From Clostridiaceae bacterium (GTDB lineage Bacteria; Bacillota; Clostridia; Oscillospirales; QAMX01), in the NCBI GenBank assembly GCA_018384365.1, contig JAHAYX010000001.1, positions 33,475-97,474 of the forward strand: DNA of 64,000 bases. Reading direction: 5' to 3'. Below, one piece after another: positions 35,773 to 44,364 of this stretch. The notes under the pieces are model-generated. The model was not told the origin of the DNA and searched no databases. It saw nothing but the letters and a program-made list of their open reading frames with translations. Positions within the stretch are counted from its first letter, which is position 1; each line of letters begins with the position of its first letter. Both the position numbers and the translations under genes were made by a program.

Positions 35773-37635
35773 ATGACTACAAAGAGAATCCTGGCACTGC
35801 TGACCGCTGTGCTGATGCTCGCTGCTCTGTTCAGCGCCTGTTCCGGCGATAATGGCAGCAGTGATGCAGGCAAGCCCAGCGACAGCAACACCGGTGATAC
35901 CGGCAGCACCGGCGATACCGGCGACAATCCCAGCGAAACGAAGCCTCTGAAGCTCAGCTACATGGGCTGCGAGTCCCACAACTGGACTTACACTCTGGAG
36001 GAAGCAATCAACAAGGGCTTTGAATCCTGGAAGAACTACAATCAGAAGATGCTGGAAGAGCACAACCTCATCTGCGAAGTCGACACCATCGACAACGAGT
36101 CCTACAAGACGACGCTTGCCGGTTTGCTCGCTTCCAATTCGCTTTATGACAGCTTCCTCGTCGAGGGCGACTACATGGATGCTGACGTAATGGTCAATTC
36201 CATCAATGCCGGCAGATTTGCAAACATCAATGACATTCTGGCCTACTCCGACGGCACGTTTGCCGACCTCGTGGCCGACGGCGGCGCCATGCAGTACATC
36301 AAGGCATGGTCCACTGCGCCGGACGGCGAGTGGTATTACGTGAAGAACGCGGATGGCAACGGCACGTCCTTCAATTTCGACCACGACGATGTGGATTACC
36401 TCAACAACTGGCCGGTTCACGCCTGGTACAACCTGAACATCCGTCAGGACTGGCTGAATAAGGCCGGTCTGACCATGCCGACTACCATTCAGGAGTTCAA
36501 GGAAACCCTTGTGCAGTTCCAGGAGCAGGATGTAAACGGCAACGGCGCAAAGGACGAGCGTGCATTTATCGGCCTTGGCATGAACGGCATCTTCTCCGAC
36601 GGTGTTGCGCAGTGGTTTGGCCTCCCGCGTGCAAACTTTGCCATGTCCGCCGTGGACGGCTCGATTGAAAACGCAGTGGAAGGCGAAGGCTATATCGATT
36701 TCGTCAAATACTGCGCAGAACTCTATAACGCCAGTGTTGCCCTTCTGAATGAAGGCGGCCGCTGGACCTATGGCGCAAACTGTGCCGGTAACTACGCTGC
36801 CGCACAGTGCATCTATCCGGACAGCCTGCTGACGGTTGCAACCGGCGATCCGGACTGCGACTACGAGCCGCTGCCGATCATTCAGGCAGTGGAAGGCATT
36901 GCGCCCCGTATGATGGGCCAGTCCGTCACAACTGCAAACAGCGCACTCGCATTTGACACGAACTGTGATTACAAAGCCGCTGCAGCTTATCTTGACTGGC
37001 TGAACAGCAAGACCTTCTTCATCCTGCTGGGCTACGGTATGGAAGGCTATACCTGGGATTACGCCGAGGATGGCAGCATTGTGAAGTACAAAGTCGGTGT
37101 GGATATCACGCAGGAAGAAAAGGAAAACTACGGCGATATGTGGCACTACGCACCCTGGGCCGCTTTCCCGCAGATTCAGGCCGGCTTTGCCTGGGACTTT
37201 GTCCAGGCTGAGTACACCTCCGTGCAGGAAGCGCTGGACAATGGCGAACCCTACACCAGAAACCTGATCACCATTGACGAGTGGAAAGAGCAGTTCAAGG
37301 ATTACAACTGGACCGATATGTCCCCGCTGAACCGTTTCCTCGTTCAGATGAACGACTATGGCACGGACAATATGATTCTGAACCTGAACGTGAACTTCAC
37401 GACCCTGGCCTCCAACGAAGAAGCAGACGTGATCTCCATGTACAAGAGCGATCTGACCACTTACCTTGATGAAATGACCACCAACTATATCGTTGGCACG
37501 AAGTCCACAGATACCTATGAGGCGGACCTCCAGTATGCCTATGATCATCTGGGTATGCAGGAGTACTGCGATGCGATCCAGAGCCAGATTGACCGTTATC
37601 TGGTTGCCATGGGCCGCGATGCAATTCTGGGCTGA
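35773..37635 (+). CDS. Large extracellular solute-binding lipoprotein (LplA/DUF3502-type SBP), orphan, paralog 2
   Basis: ORF 35740..37635. ATG at 35773 follows AGGAGGG. Lipobox LFSAC. Colinear with the 14762..16672 product (for example HNWTYT, KMLEEHNLI, GTKSTDTYEADLQYAYD, VAMGRDAILG). Confidence 0.7.
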   Translation: MTTKRILALLTAVLMLAALFSACSGDNGSSDAGKPSDSNTGDTGSTGDTGDNPSETKPLKLSYMGCESHNWTYTLEEAINKGFESWKNYNQKMLEEHNLICEVDTIDNESYKTTLAGLLASNSLYDSFLVEGDYMDADVMVNSINAGRFANINDILAYSDGTFADLVADGGAMQYIKAWSTAPDGEWYYVKNADGNGTSFNFDHDDVDYLNNWPVHAWYNLNIRQDWLNKAGLTMPTTIQEFKETLVQFQEQDVNGNGAKDERAFIGLGMNGIFSDGVAQWFGLPRANFAMSAVDGSIENAVEGEGYIDFVKYCAELYNASVALLNEGGRWTYGANCAGNYAAAQCIYPDSLLTVATGDPDCDYEPLPIIQAVEGIAPRMMGQSVTTANSALAFDTNCDYKAAAAYLDWLNSKTFFILLGYGMEGYTWDYAEDGSIVKYKVGVDITQEEKENYGDMWHYAPWAAFPQIQAGFAWDFVQAEYTSVQEALDNGEPYTRNLITIDEWKEQFKDYNWTDMSPLNRFLVQMNDYGTDNMILNLNVNFTTLASNEEADVISMYKSDLTTYLDEMTTNYIVGTKSTDTYEADLQYAYDHLGMQEYCDAIQSQIDRYLVAMGRDAILG

Positions 37636-37760
37636 ACCATTGCGCCGTGATGGAAGCGGTCTGCCTGACGAAAAGCGATAGGGCGCGAGGAAATGCTCCG
37701 CGCATATAAAGAAAGCAGGCGGCAGCTTCCGGTATTCCGGCAGTCCGGAAACGTAAAAGG

Positions 37761-37805
37761 AAAAAACAAGTGCGGAGCTTTTCGGGCGTCCGCACTTATT
37801 TTTTA
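37761..37805. terminator. Bidirectional terminator
   Basis: AAAAAACAAGTGCGGA-loop-TCCGCACTTATTTTTT between convergent genes. Confidence 0.75.
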
Positions 37806-37808
37806 CTG

Positions 37809-38324
37809 TTACAGCAGGTCTTCGGGCTTTCTGCCGCGCAGGATTGCAAAGCTGATGACAACGCCCAGCACGGCGCCTACCACCGCCTGCAAAATCTGAT
37901 ACGGCAGCTTCAGCACGGCATATTCCGGTGTGCCGTAAATGTAGGCACGGCCGAAGGTATAACCCACTACCATGATCACCGCGCCGATGGCAACGCCGAT
38001 GCCCGACTTCCAGACGGGCTTCAGCTTCCAGCCGCAGCGGGCGCAGAGGGAAATCACAATGGCCTGCAGGCCGTGCGTGACAAGCGAGACAAACATCGGC
38101 GCCGGATAGAAGAACAGGTCGCCCAAAAACGCGCCCACGCCGCCTACCACAAAGGCATAGGCCGGCGGCAGCAGGATTGCGGCCGTGCAGATGACGATAT
38201 CATTCAAATACAGGTGTCCGCCCGGCACAGGCAGGGAAAACGAGCTCATGATGATATTCATTGCCATGAAAAGTGCCGTGACAATCATGAGCCGCAGATT
38301 GATTTTTTTGTTTTTCTGTTCCAT
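37809..38324 (-). CDS. ECF transporter S component (substrate unassigned)
   Basis: 171 aa with 5-6 TM segments. NLRLMIVTALFMAMNIIMS...YLNDIVICTAA resembles ECF S components. Divergent from a MocR/PdxR-type regulator. Confidence 0.65.
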   Translation of the reverse strand: MEQKNKKINLRLMIVTALFMAMNIIMSSFSLPVPGGHLYLNDIVICTAAILLPPAYAFVVGGVGAFLGDLFFYPAPMFVSLVTHGLQAIVISLCARCGWKLKPVWKSGIGVAIGAVIMVVGYTFGRAYIYGTPEYAVLKLPYQILQAVVGAVLGVVISFAILRGRKPEDLL

Positions 38325-38421
38325 ACAAGTAGTTCCTTCCTTTTCCCGGGCGGCGTTTCTTCACGCTCTGCGGCGGGCCTTTGCCCGCTCCCGATTTTTT
38401 CATCCCATGCGCCACAACATC

Positions 38422-38450
38422 TTGACGCCCGGGTCTTTTTTTATTATAGT
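38422..38450 (+). promoter_or_regulatory. Candidate promoter of the MocR-type regulator
   Basis: TTGACG, 17 nt, TATAGT. Confidence 0.45.
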
Positions 38451-38501
38451 AAGAACTGGCAATCTTAAAATACCCAAACAAAGGATTTCTTTTCATACCA
38501 G

Positions 38502-39596
38502 ATGATTACTTACGACCTTTCGCTCTACCCGAACCTGCCGAAATACCAGGCACTTTATACACTGATGCGCGAGGACATCTTAGCCGGTGTGCTGACCTCC
38601 GGCTTTCGCCTGCCCTCCCGCCGCACGCTTGCCGAACACCTTGACGTGAGCACGGCAACGGTCGATCATGCCTATCAGCAGCTTGCCGCCGAGGGCTATA
38701 TCCATTCCCGCGAGCGCAGCGGCTATTTCGTGGCAAAAATGGACGCACCGCGGCCGCAGAAACTGCCCAGCCGCGCCATTGCGCTCTGTTCTGACCCGGA
38801 GCCGGATATTGATAATTCCAGCGGCTTTGAATATTCCGTCATGACAAAGCTCATGCGCGAGGTGATTGCGAAATACGACCGCGTTCTGCTGCAAAAACCG
38901 CCGCACAACGGCTGCGCGGCACTGCGCAACGCCATTGCCGTGCATTTGCTGCACACGCGCGGCATGACGGCGCAGCCGGCAGATATCATCGTCGGCGCAG
39001 GCGCGGAATATCTTTACGGCCTGATTGTGCAGCTGCTCGGACGGGATAAGCTCTTCGGCATTGAAACGCCGGGTTATGACAAAATCCGCGCCGTTTACGA
39101 AGCAAACGGCGCGCGGTGCGAATTTCTGCCGCTGGACCGCGACGGCATCTCCTCCGAAGCCCTGCGCCGTTCCCAGGCAGATGTGCTGCACGTCACGCCG
39201 TTTCACAGCTATCCCACCGGCGTCACGGCCCCGGCCTCGCGGCGGCTGGAGTATCTGGCCTGGGCTGCAGCGCGCGGCGCTGTCCTCATTGAGGATGATT
39301 TTGACTCGGAATTTGCCGCAAAAGGGCTGCCCCCGGAGACGCTTTACTCCATGGACGGCGGACAGAATGTCATCTATCTGAACACGTTTTCCAAAAGTCT
39401 CTCCCCTTCCATGCGCATCGGTTACATGATCCTTCCGGAACGGCTGCACGCGCTTTATGAGGAAAGACTGGGATTCTATTCCTGCACGGTTCCGGCCTTT
39501 GACCAGTACCTGCTGGCCGAATATATCTCGCGCGGGTTCTTCGAGCGTCATCTCAACCGTTTACGCAAACGTCTGCGCGAGAAAAAAGGAAAGTAG
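38502..39596 (+). CDS. GntR/MocR-family regulator (wHTH plus aminotransferase-fold domain), short form
   Basis: 364 aa. YQALYTLMREDILAGVLTSGFRLPSRRTLAEHLDVSTATVDHAYQQLAAEGYI wHTH, then a fold-type-I domain with NTFSKSLSPSMRIGY (PLP lysine). Confidence 0.8.
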   Translation: MITYDLSLYPNLPKYQALYTLMREDILAGVLTSGFRLPSRRTLAEHLDVSTATVDHAYQQLAAEGYIHSRERSGYFVAKMDAPRPQKLPSRAIALCSDPEPDIDNSSGFEYSVMTKLMREVIAKYDRVLLQKPPHNGCAALRNAIAVHLLHTRGMTAQPADIIVGAGAEYLYGLIVQLLGRDKLFGIETPGYDKIRAVYEANGARCEFLPLDRDGISSEALRRSQADVLHVTPFHSYPTGVTAPASRRLEYLAWAAARGAVLIEDDFDSEFAAKGLPPETLYSMDGGQNVIYLNTFSKSLSPSMRIGYMILPERLHALYEERLGFYSCTVPAFDQYLLAEYISRGFFERHLNRLRKRLREKKGK

Positions 39597-39628
39597 CAGC
39601 ATTTTTCTGCGCAGCAGGAAGTTTTTTA

Positions 39629-39657
39629 TTGACTTTTCCGGCCCGACACCCTATAAT
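39629..39657 (+). promoter_or_regulatory. Sigma-A promoter of the proS T-box leader
   Basis: TTGACT, 17 nt, TATAAT. Confidence 0.65.
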
Positions 39658-39659
39658 CA

Positions 39660-39931
39660 GAACATTGGCAAAGGCTGAGACGAGAAACAGTAGGCGCTGC
39701 TGCCGCACGCAAGAGAGGGAACGGCCGGTGAGAGTTCCTGTGGGCGTGCGCCGAACCCATCTCCGAGCCGCGGGGTTGAAAGGAACAGTAGATCCCGCCG
39801 GGACGTTCCCGTTACAGGACAGCCGGCACAGTCCGGAAAGTGCGGGGAACGCCCGGTTCCCCGAAATTAGGTGGTACCGCGGACATCAAGTTCGCCCTAA
39901 GAGAACTTCTCTTGGGGCGTTTTTTGTTTTT
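39660..39931 (+). ncRNA. T-box leader (proline specifier CCC) with terminator
   Basis: AGAGAGGGAACGGCCGGTGAGAG (Stem I distal motifs). Specifier-loop-like GAA-CCC-A at 39753..39759. T-box sequence AAATTAGGTGGTACCGCGG at 39864..39882. Terminator CGCCCTAAGAGA-acttc-TCTCTTGGGGCG plus T-run at 39893..39931. Confidence 0.85.
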
Positions 39932-39998
39932 GTACGGCGGGCCGCACAGCCACAGAAAAAGGCAACGAAATGCTTTCCATACTGAAAGGAGTCTTGGC

Positions 39999-41726
39999 AT
40001 GAAACTTGAAAAACTGGTTGGCGACCGTTTTAAGGAGCGGCCGTCCGAATGTGTCATTGACAGTCACGCACTGATGCTGCGCGGCGGGTATATGAAGGGC
40101 GTTGCGTCCGGCATTTATTCTTCCTATATGCCGCTGCGGCGCATTACGCACAAAATCGAGCAGATTATCCGCGAGGAAATGGACGCCATTGATGGGCAGG
40201 AGGTCCAGTTCCCGGTCGTTCTCCCCGCCTCCCTCTGGGAGGAATCCGGCCGCTATGAGAGCGTCGGCAGCGAACTGATGCGTTTTTCCGACCGCAACGA
40301 CAACCCGCTCGTGCTGGGCATGACGCACGAGGAAGCTGCCGTGCATCTGGTACGCGAATACGGCCAGAGCTATACCAAATATCCCTTCATGATTTATCAG
40401 ATCCAGACCAAATTCCGCGACGAAGCGCGTCCGCGCGCGGGGCTTATCCGCGTGCGTGAATTCACCATGAAGGACGCCTATTCCTTCCACACCTCGCAGG
40501 AGGATCTGGAGGCCTATTACGAGCGCTGCTTCCGCGCATATGAGCGCATTTTTGCGCGCGCAGGTATTCCGGAGGTCATTTCCGTGGCATCGGACTCCGG
40601 CATGATGGGCGGCAGTCTGTCGCACGAATTCATGCTGCTCACGCCGGTCGGTGAGGATTCCATCGCCGTGTGCGGCAGCTGCGACTACCGCGCCAATATG
40701 GAGGCAGCGGAGAGCATTGTCCACAATGTCCGCGACGAAGTCTCCGAACCGCTGACTCTGGTTTACACACCCGACATCCATACGATTGAGGATATCTGCA
40801 ATTTCCTCGGCACACCGACGGAAAAGAGCTGCAAGGCCGTCGTGTATCAGCGTAACGCGGACGATTCCTATATTGTGCTGTTTATCCGCGGCGATCTCGA
40901 TGTGAACGAAACCAAGCTGCGCAATTTCATCGGTGAAGACGTGCATCCCGCCGTCATTACAGAGGATTGCGGCCTGAACGCCGGTTACATCGGTCCGTGC
41001 AATCTGAAGGGCGACTTCACCGTGCTCTATGACAACTCCCTGCAGGGAACGAATAATCTCTCCTGCGGCGCAAACGTTGCGGAGCATCATTACACCGGTC
41101 TGGACATTGCGCGCGACTGCCCGGACGCAGAATTCCACGATTTTGCAAAGATCACGGACGGCGGCATCTGCCCGAAGTGCGGGAAACACACCATTTCCGT
41201 CTCGCGCGGCATTGAAGTCGGCAACATTTTCCAGCTTGGCACCAAATATACCAAGTCCATGGGCATGACCTATCTCGATAAAAATGGTGCCTCACATCAT
41301 CCCATCATGGGCTGCTACGGCATCGGCGTCGGGCGGCTGGCCGCCTCCGTCTGCGAGGCACACCACGACGATTACGGTCCCATCTGGCCGATCTCCATCG
41401 CGCCCTGGCAGGTGCATCTCTGCTGCGTGCGCAGTGATAACGCCGAAGCGCACGCGCTGGCCGATCAGCTCTACCAAGATCTTCAGAAGCAGGGCATCGA
41501 GGTTCTTTACGACGACCGCAATGTCAGTGCGGGCGTCATGTTCTCGGACGCCGACCTGCTCGGCATCCCGGTACGTGTGATCGTCAGCCCGCGCAATCTC
41601 AAGGAGGGTTGCTGCGAACTCGTCACGCGTGACAAGTCCCTGTCGGTCAAAAAGCCGGTGGAGGAAATTTTCGATGCCGCCTGCGCACTGGTCAATGACC
41701 TGCTGGCTCAGGCGAGAAGTCTGTAA
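39999..41726 (+). CDS. proS: Proline--tRNA ligase (bacterial type with editing domain)
   Basis: ORF 39840..41726. ATG at 39999 follows AAAGGAG. MKLEKLVGDRFKERPSEC..., class II motifs (FRDEARPRAGLIRVREF, GCYGIGVGRL). 575 aa. Confidence 0.95.
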   Translation: MKLEKLVGDRFKERPSECVIDSHALMLRGGYMKGVASGIYSSYMPLRRITHKIEQIIREEMDAIDGQEVQFPVVLPASLWEESGRYESVGSELMRFSDRNDNPLVLGMTHEEAAVHLVREYGQSYTKYPFMIYQIQTKFRDEARPRAGLIRVREFTMKDAYSFHTSQEDLEAYYERCFRAYERIFARAGIPEVISVASDSGMMGGSLSHEFMLLTPVGEDSIAVCGSCDYRANMEAAESIVHNVRDEVSEPLTLVYTPDIHTIEDICNFLGTPTEKSCKAVVYQRNADDSYIVLFIRGDLDVNETKLRNFIGEDVHPAVITEDCGLNAGYIGPCNLKGDFTVLYDNSLQGTNNLSCGANVAEHHYTGLDIARDCPDAEFHDFAKITDGGICPKCGKHTISVSRGIEVGNIFQLGTKYTKSMGMTYLDKNGASHHPIMGCYGIGVGRLAASVCEAHHDDYGPIWPISIAPWQVHLCCVRSDNAEAHALADQLYQDLQKQGIEVLYDDRNVSAGVMFSDADLLGIPVRVIVSPRNLKEGCCELVTRDKSLSVKKPVEEIFDAACALVNDLLAQARSL

Positions 41727-41737
41727 AAAAGCATACA

Positions 41738-41786
41738 AAAAGAGGCTTTCGTTTCGGCGGAAGCCTCTTTTCTCTGTTTTTTCTGT
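41738..41786 (+). terminator. proS terminator
   Basis: AAGAGGCTT-loop-AAGCCTCTT followed by a T-rich tract. Confidence 0.7.
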
Positions 41787-41896
41787 CGGAAGCAGAGCGT
41801 CTTTCCGCTGCGTGCTGCCCTGTCGCATTTTGGCGCGCCCGCATATACTGATAGCGGTGGCCGAAGAGAACCATACGGGCCACAGGGAGTAATCAT

Positions 41897-42088
41897 ATGG
41901 AAAATTTGAACACCTTGCTTCAGAACGCAGGAACGGCGGCCTGCATCAATTCACTGCCGCTTGCCATGGCCTATATTCCCCTCCAGAGATGGGAGGATAT
42001 CTATGATACGCAGACGGCGTTTGACCGCGGCACTATCTTCCGCGCGCTGGATAAGCCGTTTACGGGGAAGGGGGCCGAGAGGAAATGA
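41897..42088 (+). CDS. cotJA: Spore coat-associated protein CotJA
   Basis: 63 aa. LPLAMAYIPLQRWEDIYDTQTAFDRGTIFRALDKPF is the CotJA signature. Overlaps cotJB by 4 nt. Confidence 0.8.
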   Translation: MENLNTLLQNAGTAACINSLPLAMAYIPLQRWEDIYDTQTAFDRGTIFRALDKPFTGKGAERK

Positions 42089-42339
42089 GCGATATGGGCA
42101 ATCTGCTCCGTGATGTACAGATGGCGGAATTTGCGCTGGTTGAGGCCAACCTCTTCCTTGACACGCACCCTACCGACCCGAATGCGCTGGAATACTTCTG
42201 CAAATACCAGCAAATCCATGAAAAGGCCGTGGAGGCCTACACCGCAGTCTATGGCCCCCTGACCGCCATGCAGCACACCGGCGGCAGGTGGAAATGGACC
42301 GACGGACCGTTTCCGTGGGAACGCGCCGCAAACGTCTGA
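42085..42339 (+). CDS. cotJB: Spore coat protein CotJB
   Basis: 84 aa. LLRDVQMAEFALVEANLFLDTHPTDPNALEYF...YGPL is typical of CotJB. Confidence 0.85.
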   Translation: MSDMGNLLRDVQMAEFALVEANLFLDTHPTDPNALEYFCKYQQIHEKAVEAYTAVYGPLTAMQHTGGRWKWTDGPFPWERAANV

Positions 42340-42355
42340 CAGGGGAGGAATTGGT

Positions 42356-42541
42356 ATGTGGATTTATGAGAAGAAATTAGAGTATCCTGTCAGCATCAAA
42401 ACACCCAATCCCAAGCTCGCCCTGGCAATCATCAGCCAGTTGGGCGGACCGGATTGCAGCAGCCTGCAGTTTTTGCCCGGGGATACAATAAAAACGCCGC
42501 CCCAGTGGGACGGCGCCTTCTTTTGGAGCTTTATGCTTTGA
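42356..42541 (+). pseudogene. cotJC: cotJC 5' segment. The first 33 codons are CotJC; the ORF then reads into the inserted element.
   Basis: MWIYEKKLEYPVSIKTPNPKLALAIISQLGGPD matches the CotJC N-terminus (B. subtilis MWVYEKKLQYPVKV...QYGGADGEL, from memory). Similarity is lost after codon 33 (CSSLQFLPG...stop). Confidence 0.85.
42446..42454. repeat. attL core (GG-A-CCGGAT)
   Basis: GGACCGGAT here versus GGTCCGGAT at 52290..52298. The junctions share GG plus CCGGAT. Confidence 0.6.
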
Positions 42542-43478
42542 AAAGGACTTTCAGCGAATTATAGTAATAGAACGGGACGAGGAGGTCCGTATGCGTGAAG
42601 TCGGACAGGGCGAAGAAGATGTTGTTCTTTACCGGATCCGTACCGTAGGAGAATACCTCGCCCTTCGGAATGTACTTCATCTGCTCGGTCATCGGCGCAA
42701 CGTCATTCGGGTAACCGTTGGAGGCGAAAATGAAGAACGGAAGCTCCGGATGCTCGCGCACCGGCTGCTGCACATAGTCCAGCACCTGCTCCGGCGTGAT
42801 TTCCTCGCGGATGGAGTGGCCGGCGGTTGTGTGGCAGCTCATCGGGGCAAACCATCTGAAATAGGCAAAGTCATTGTGGAAGATATTCCAGGTTGCAACG
42901 CTGCCGCGGGAATAGCCGCTGAAGGCGCGGTGGTCACGCGTGGCCCGGATGGCTTCTGGCGAAGCATCGGTGAGATAGGTGTTATACCGCAGTTCCACCG
43001 CCGGGATGATGTCCTCCACCACTTCGCGGTAGAAATTCGGCTTTGCATGGGGCCATCCGCCGTCGCCTGCCGGAACCTGACCGCTGCGGCGGCGTTCCTC
43101 CACGTCCTTCGTCACATCAAAGTAATAGGTCGTGGAAACGATGATGCAGGGGTCGATCTCGCCGGACTCGAACAGCATATCGAACAGTTTTCTGTTCTCC
43201 GGAACCGCAAAAATCTCCGGATCGCAGGTATTTCCGTGCTGATAGTACAGTACATTATACTTTCTGTCCTTGTCATTCGGGTCATAGCAGTATGGCAGAT
43301 AGACATTGCAGTATTTCGGATGGGTCACGCCGTCCTCATAAACCGAGGTCGTGTAATCCACGCGCTCCACACGGCCGATTTTTTTCGGTTCGCCGCGAAG
43401 TCCCTGGTTTTCCACGAATACGGTTTCAAAATCAATCACTTCTCCGGCCTTGTGGATGATGGTTTTCAGTTCGCTCAT
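42531..43478 (-). CDS. Alpha/beta-hydrolase esterase (putative-esterase / CE1-like family)
   Basis: 315 aa. YNVLYYQHG...AFSGYSRGS (GxSxG-type elbow). Resembles esterase-D/feruloyl-esterase-type proteins. Confidence 0.65.
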   Translation of the reverse strand: MSELKTIIHKAGEVIDFETVFVENQGLRGEPKKIGRVERVDYTTSVYEDGVTHPKYCNVYLPYCYDPNDKDRKYNVLYYQHGNTCDPEIFAVPENRKLFDMLFESGEIDPCIIVSTTYYFDVTKDVEERRRSGQVPAGDGGWPHAKPNFYREVVEDIIPAVELRYNTYLTDASPEAIRATRDHRAFSGYSRGSVATWNIFHNDFAYFRWFAPMSCHTTAGHSIREEITPEQVLDYVQQPVREHPELPFFIFASNGYPNDVAPMTEQMKYIPKGEVFSYGTDPVKNNIFFALSDFTHTDLLVPFYYYNSLKVLFKA

Positions 43479-43528
43479 GCTGTTTTTCTCCTTTCATTTT
43501 CTGTTTTTCCGCGTTTTTTCTTTCCTGT

Positions 43529-44284
43529 TCAGCCGCGTGCAAGCGGCGGATATACAATCCCGAGTTCCTCTCGGTACGCGCAGACATACCCCTTGAAATG
43601 TGGGTTTTCGAAGGATTTTTCCTCAATTTTGCCCGCAAGGATGTCATCGGCCAGCTTCGTAAGCCGCAGCAGAACATCCTTGCCGATCGGGGTTTCGCCG
43701 TGCGCAGGCCAGGTGAGGTCATATTCGCTGCCGAGATCCAGAATACGCTGCATCGATCTGCGGTATCCGGGCAGACCGTGCTGTGCGGCAAACGCCAGAA
43801 CCTCGCCGCGGCCACAGGTGTCGCCGGTGAAAAGCTGGCGGCGCTCCACGTCGAGAATACAGATGCTGCCGTTTGAGTGACCGGGCGTCAGGTACACGCG
43901 CAGGGTTCTGCCGCCGAGGTCGAACACGTGTCCGTCGTCAATTCCGGTGATCTCCAGCGGGACGGGGCGCGGCAGCGGACCGGGGCCTTTGCCGCTTGCA
44001 TCGCGGGCATAGCCTTCCAGATCCTCCTTTGCGATGTAACGCTCGGCAAAATCAGCGTTTCCGGCGATGTGGTCGCCATGGCTGTGGGTATTGACGACTG
44101 CGACCGGTTTCTCGGTCAGTCCGGCGACGATTCCGCCTAGATCAATATTCCCCAGGCCGGAGTCAATCAGTATGGCCCTGTTTTCGCCCTCCAACAGATA
44201 GCAGTACACGCCAAGGCGATGATTGGTTTCCTCAATCTGCCAGGTGTGTTCGTCCAGTTGTTTTACCGTGTACCCAATTTCCAT
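43529..44284 (-). CDS. MBL-fold metallo-hydrolase
   Basis: ORF 43529..44575. ATG at 44284 follows GGAGG. VNTHSHGDHIAGN (HxHxDH) and TPGHSNGS. 251 aa. Confidence 0.85.
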   Translation of the reverse strand: MEIGYTVKQLDEHTWQIEETNHRLGVYCYLLEGENRAILIDSGLGNIDLGGIVAGLTEKPVAVVNTHSHGDHIAGNADFAERYIAKEDLEGYARDASGKGPGPLPRPVPLEITGIDDGHVFDLGGRTLRVYLTPGHSNGSICILDVERRQLFTGDTCGRGEVLAFAAQHGLPGYRRSMQRILDLGSEYDLTWPAHGETPIGKDVLLRLTKLADDILAGKIEEKSFENPHFKGYVCAYREELGIVYPPLARG

Positions 44285-44364
44285 AACAAACCTCCGTTTC
44301 CATCCGGGGAAGCTCGATTCCCCGCCGTTTTTTCTGTCTTTTCCGGTTTCCCGGAGACGATGCC

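Noticed and set aside
16672-35773. The inverted lipoprotein paralogs as ends of a composite transposon or invertible 19-kb segment.
   Set aside because: The copies are clearly diverged at the DNA level. No recombinase or transposase lies between them, and the interior is housekeeping (nifSU, bio, tRNAs).
38325-38421. GC-rich, hairpin-prone leader upstream of the ECF S-component as a possible riboswitch.
   Set aside because: No TPP, FMN, cobalamin, preQ1 or other riboswitch core motifs were recognisable by eye. This needs an Rfam scan before any claim.
41787-41896. A sigma-E or sigma-K type mother-cell promoter upstream of cotJA (for example CATATACT at about 41840), and likewise upstream of the recombinase.
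   Set aside because: The -10-like strings are present, but I could not find a -35 element at the right spacing. Too weak to report as a feature.
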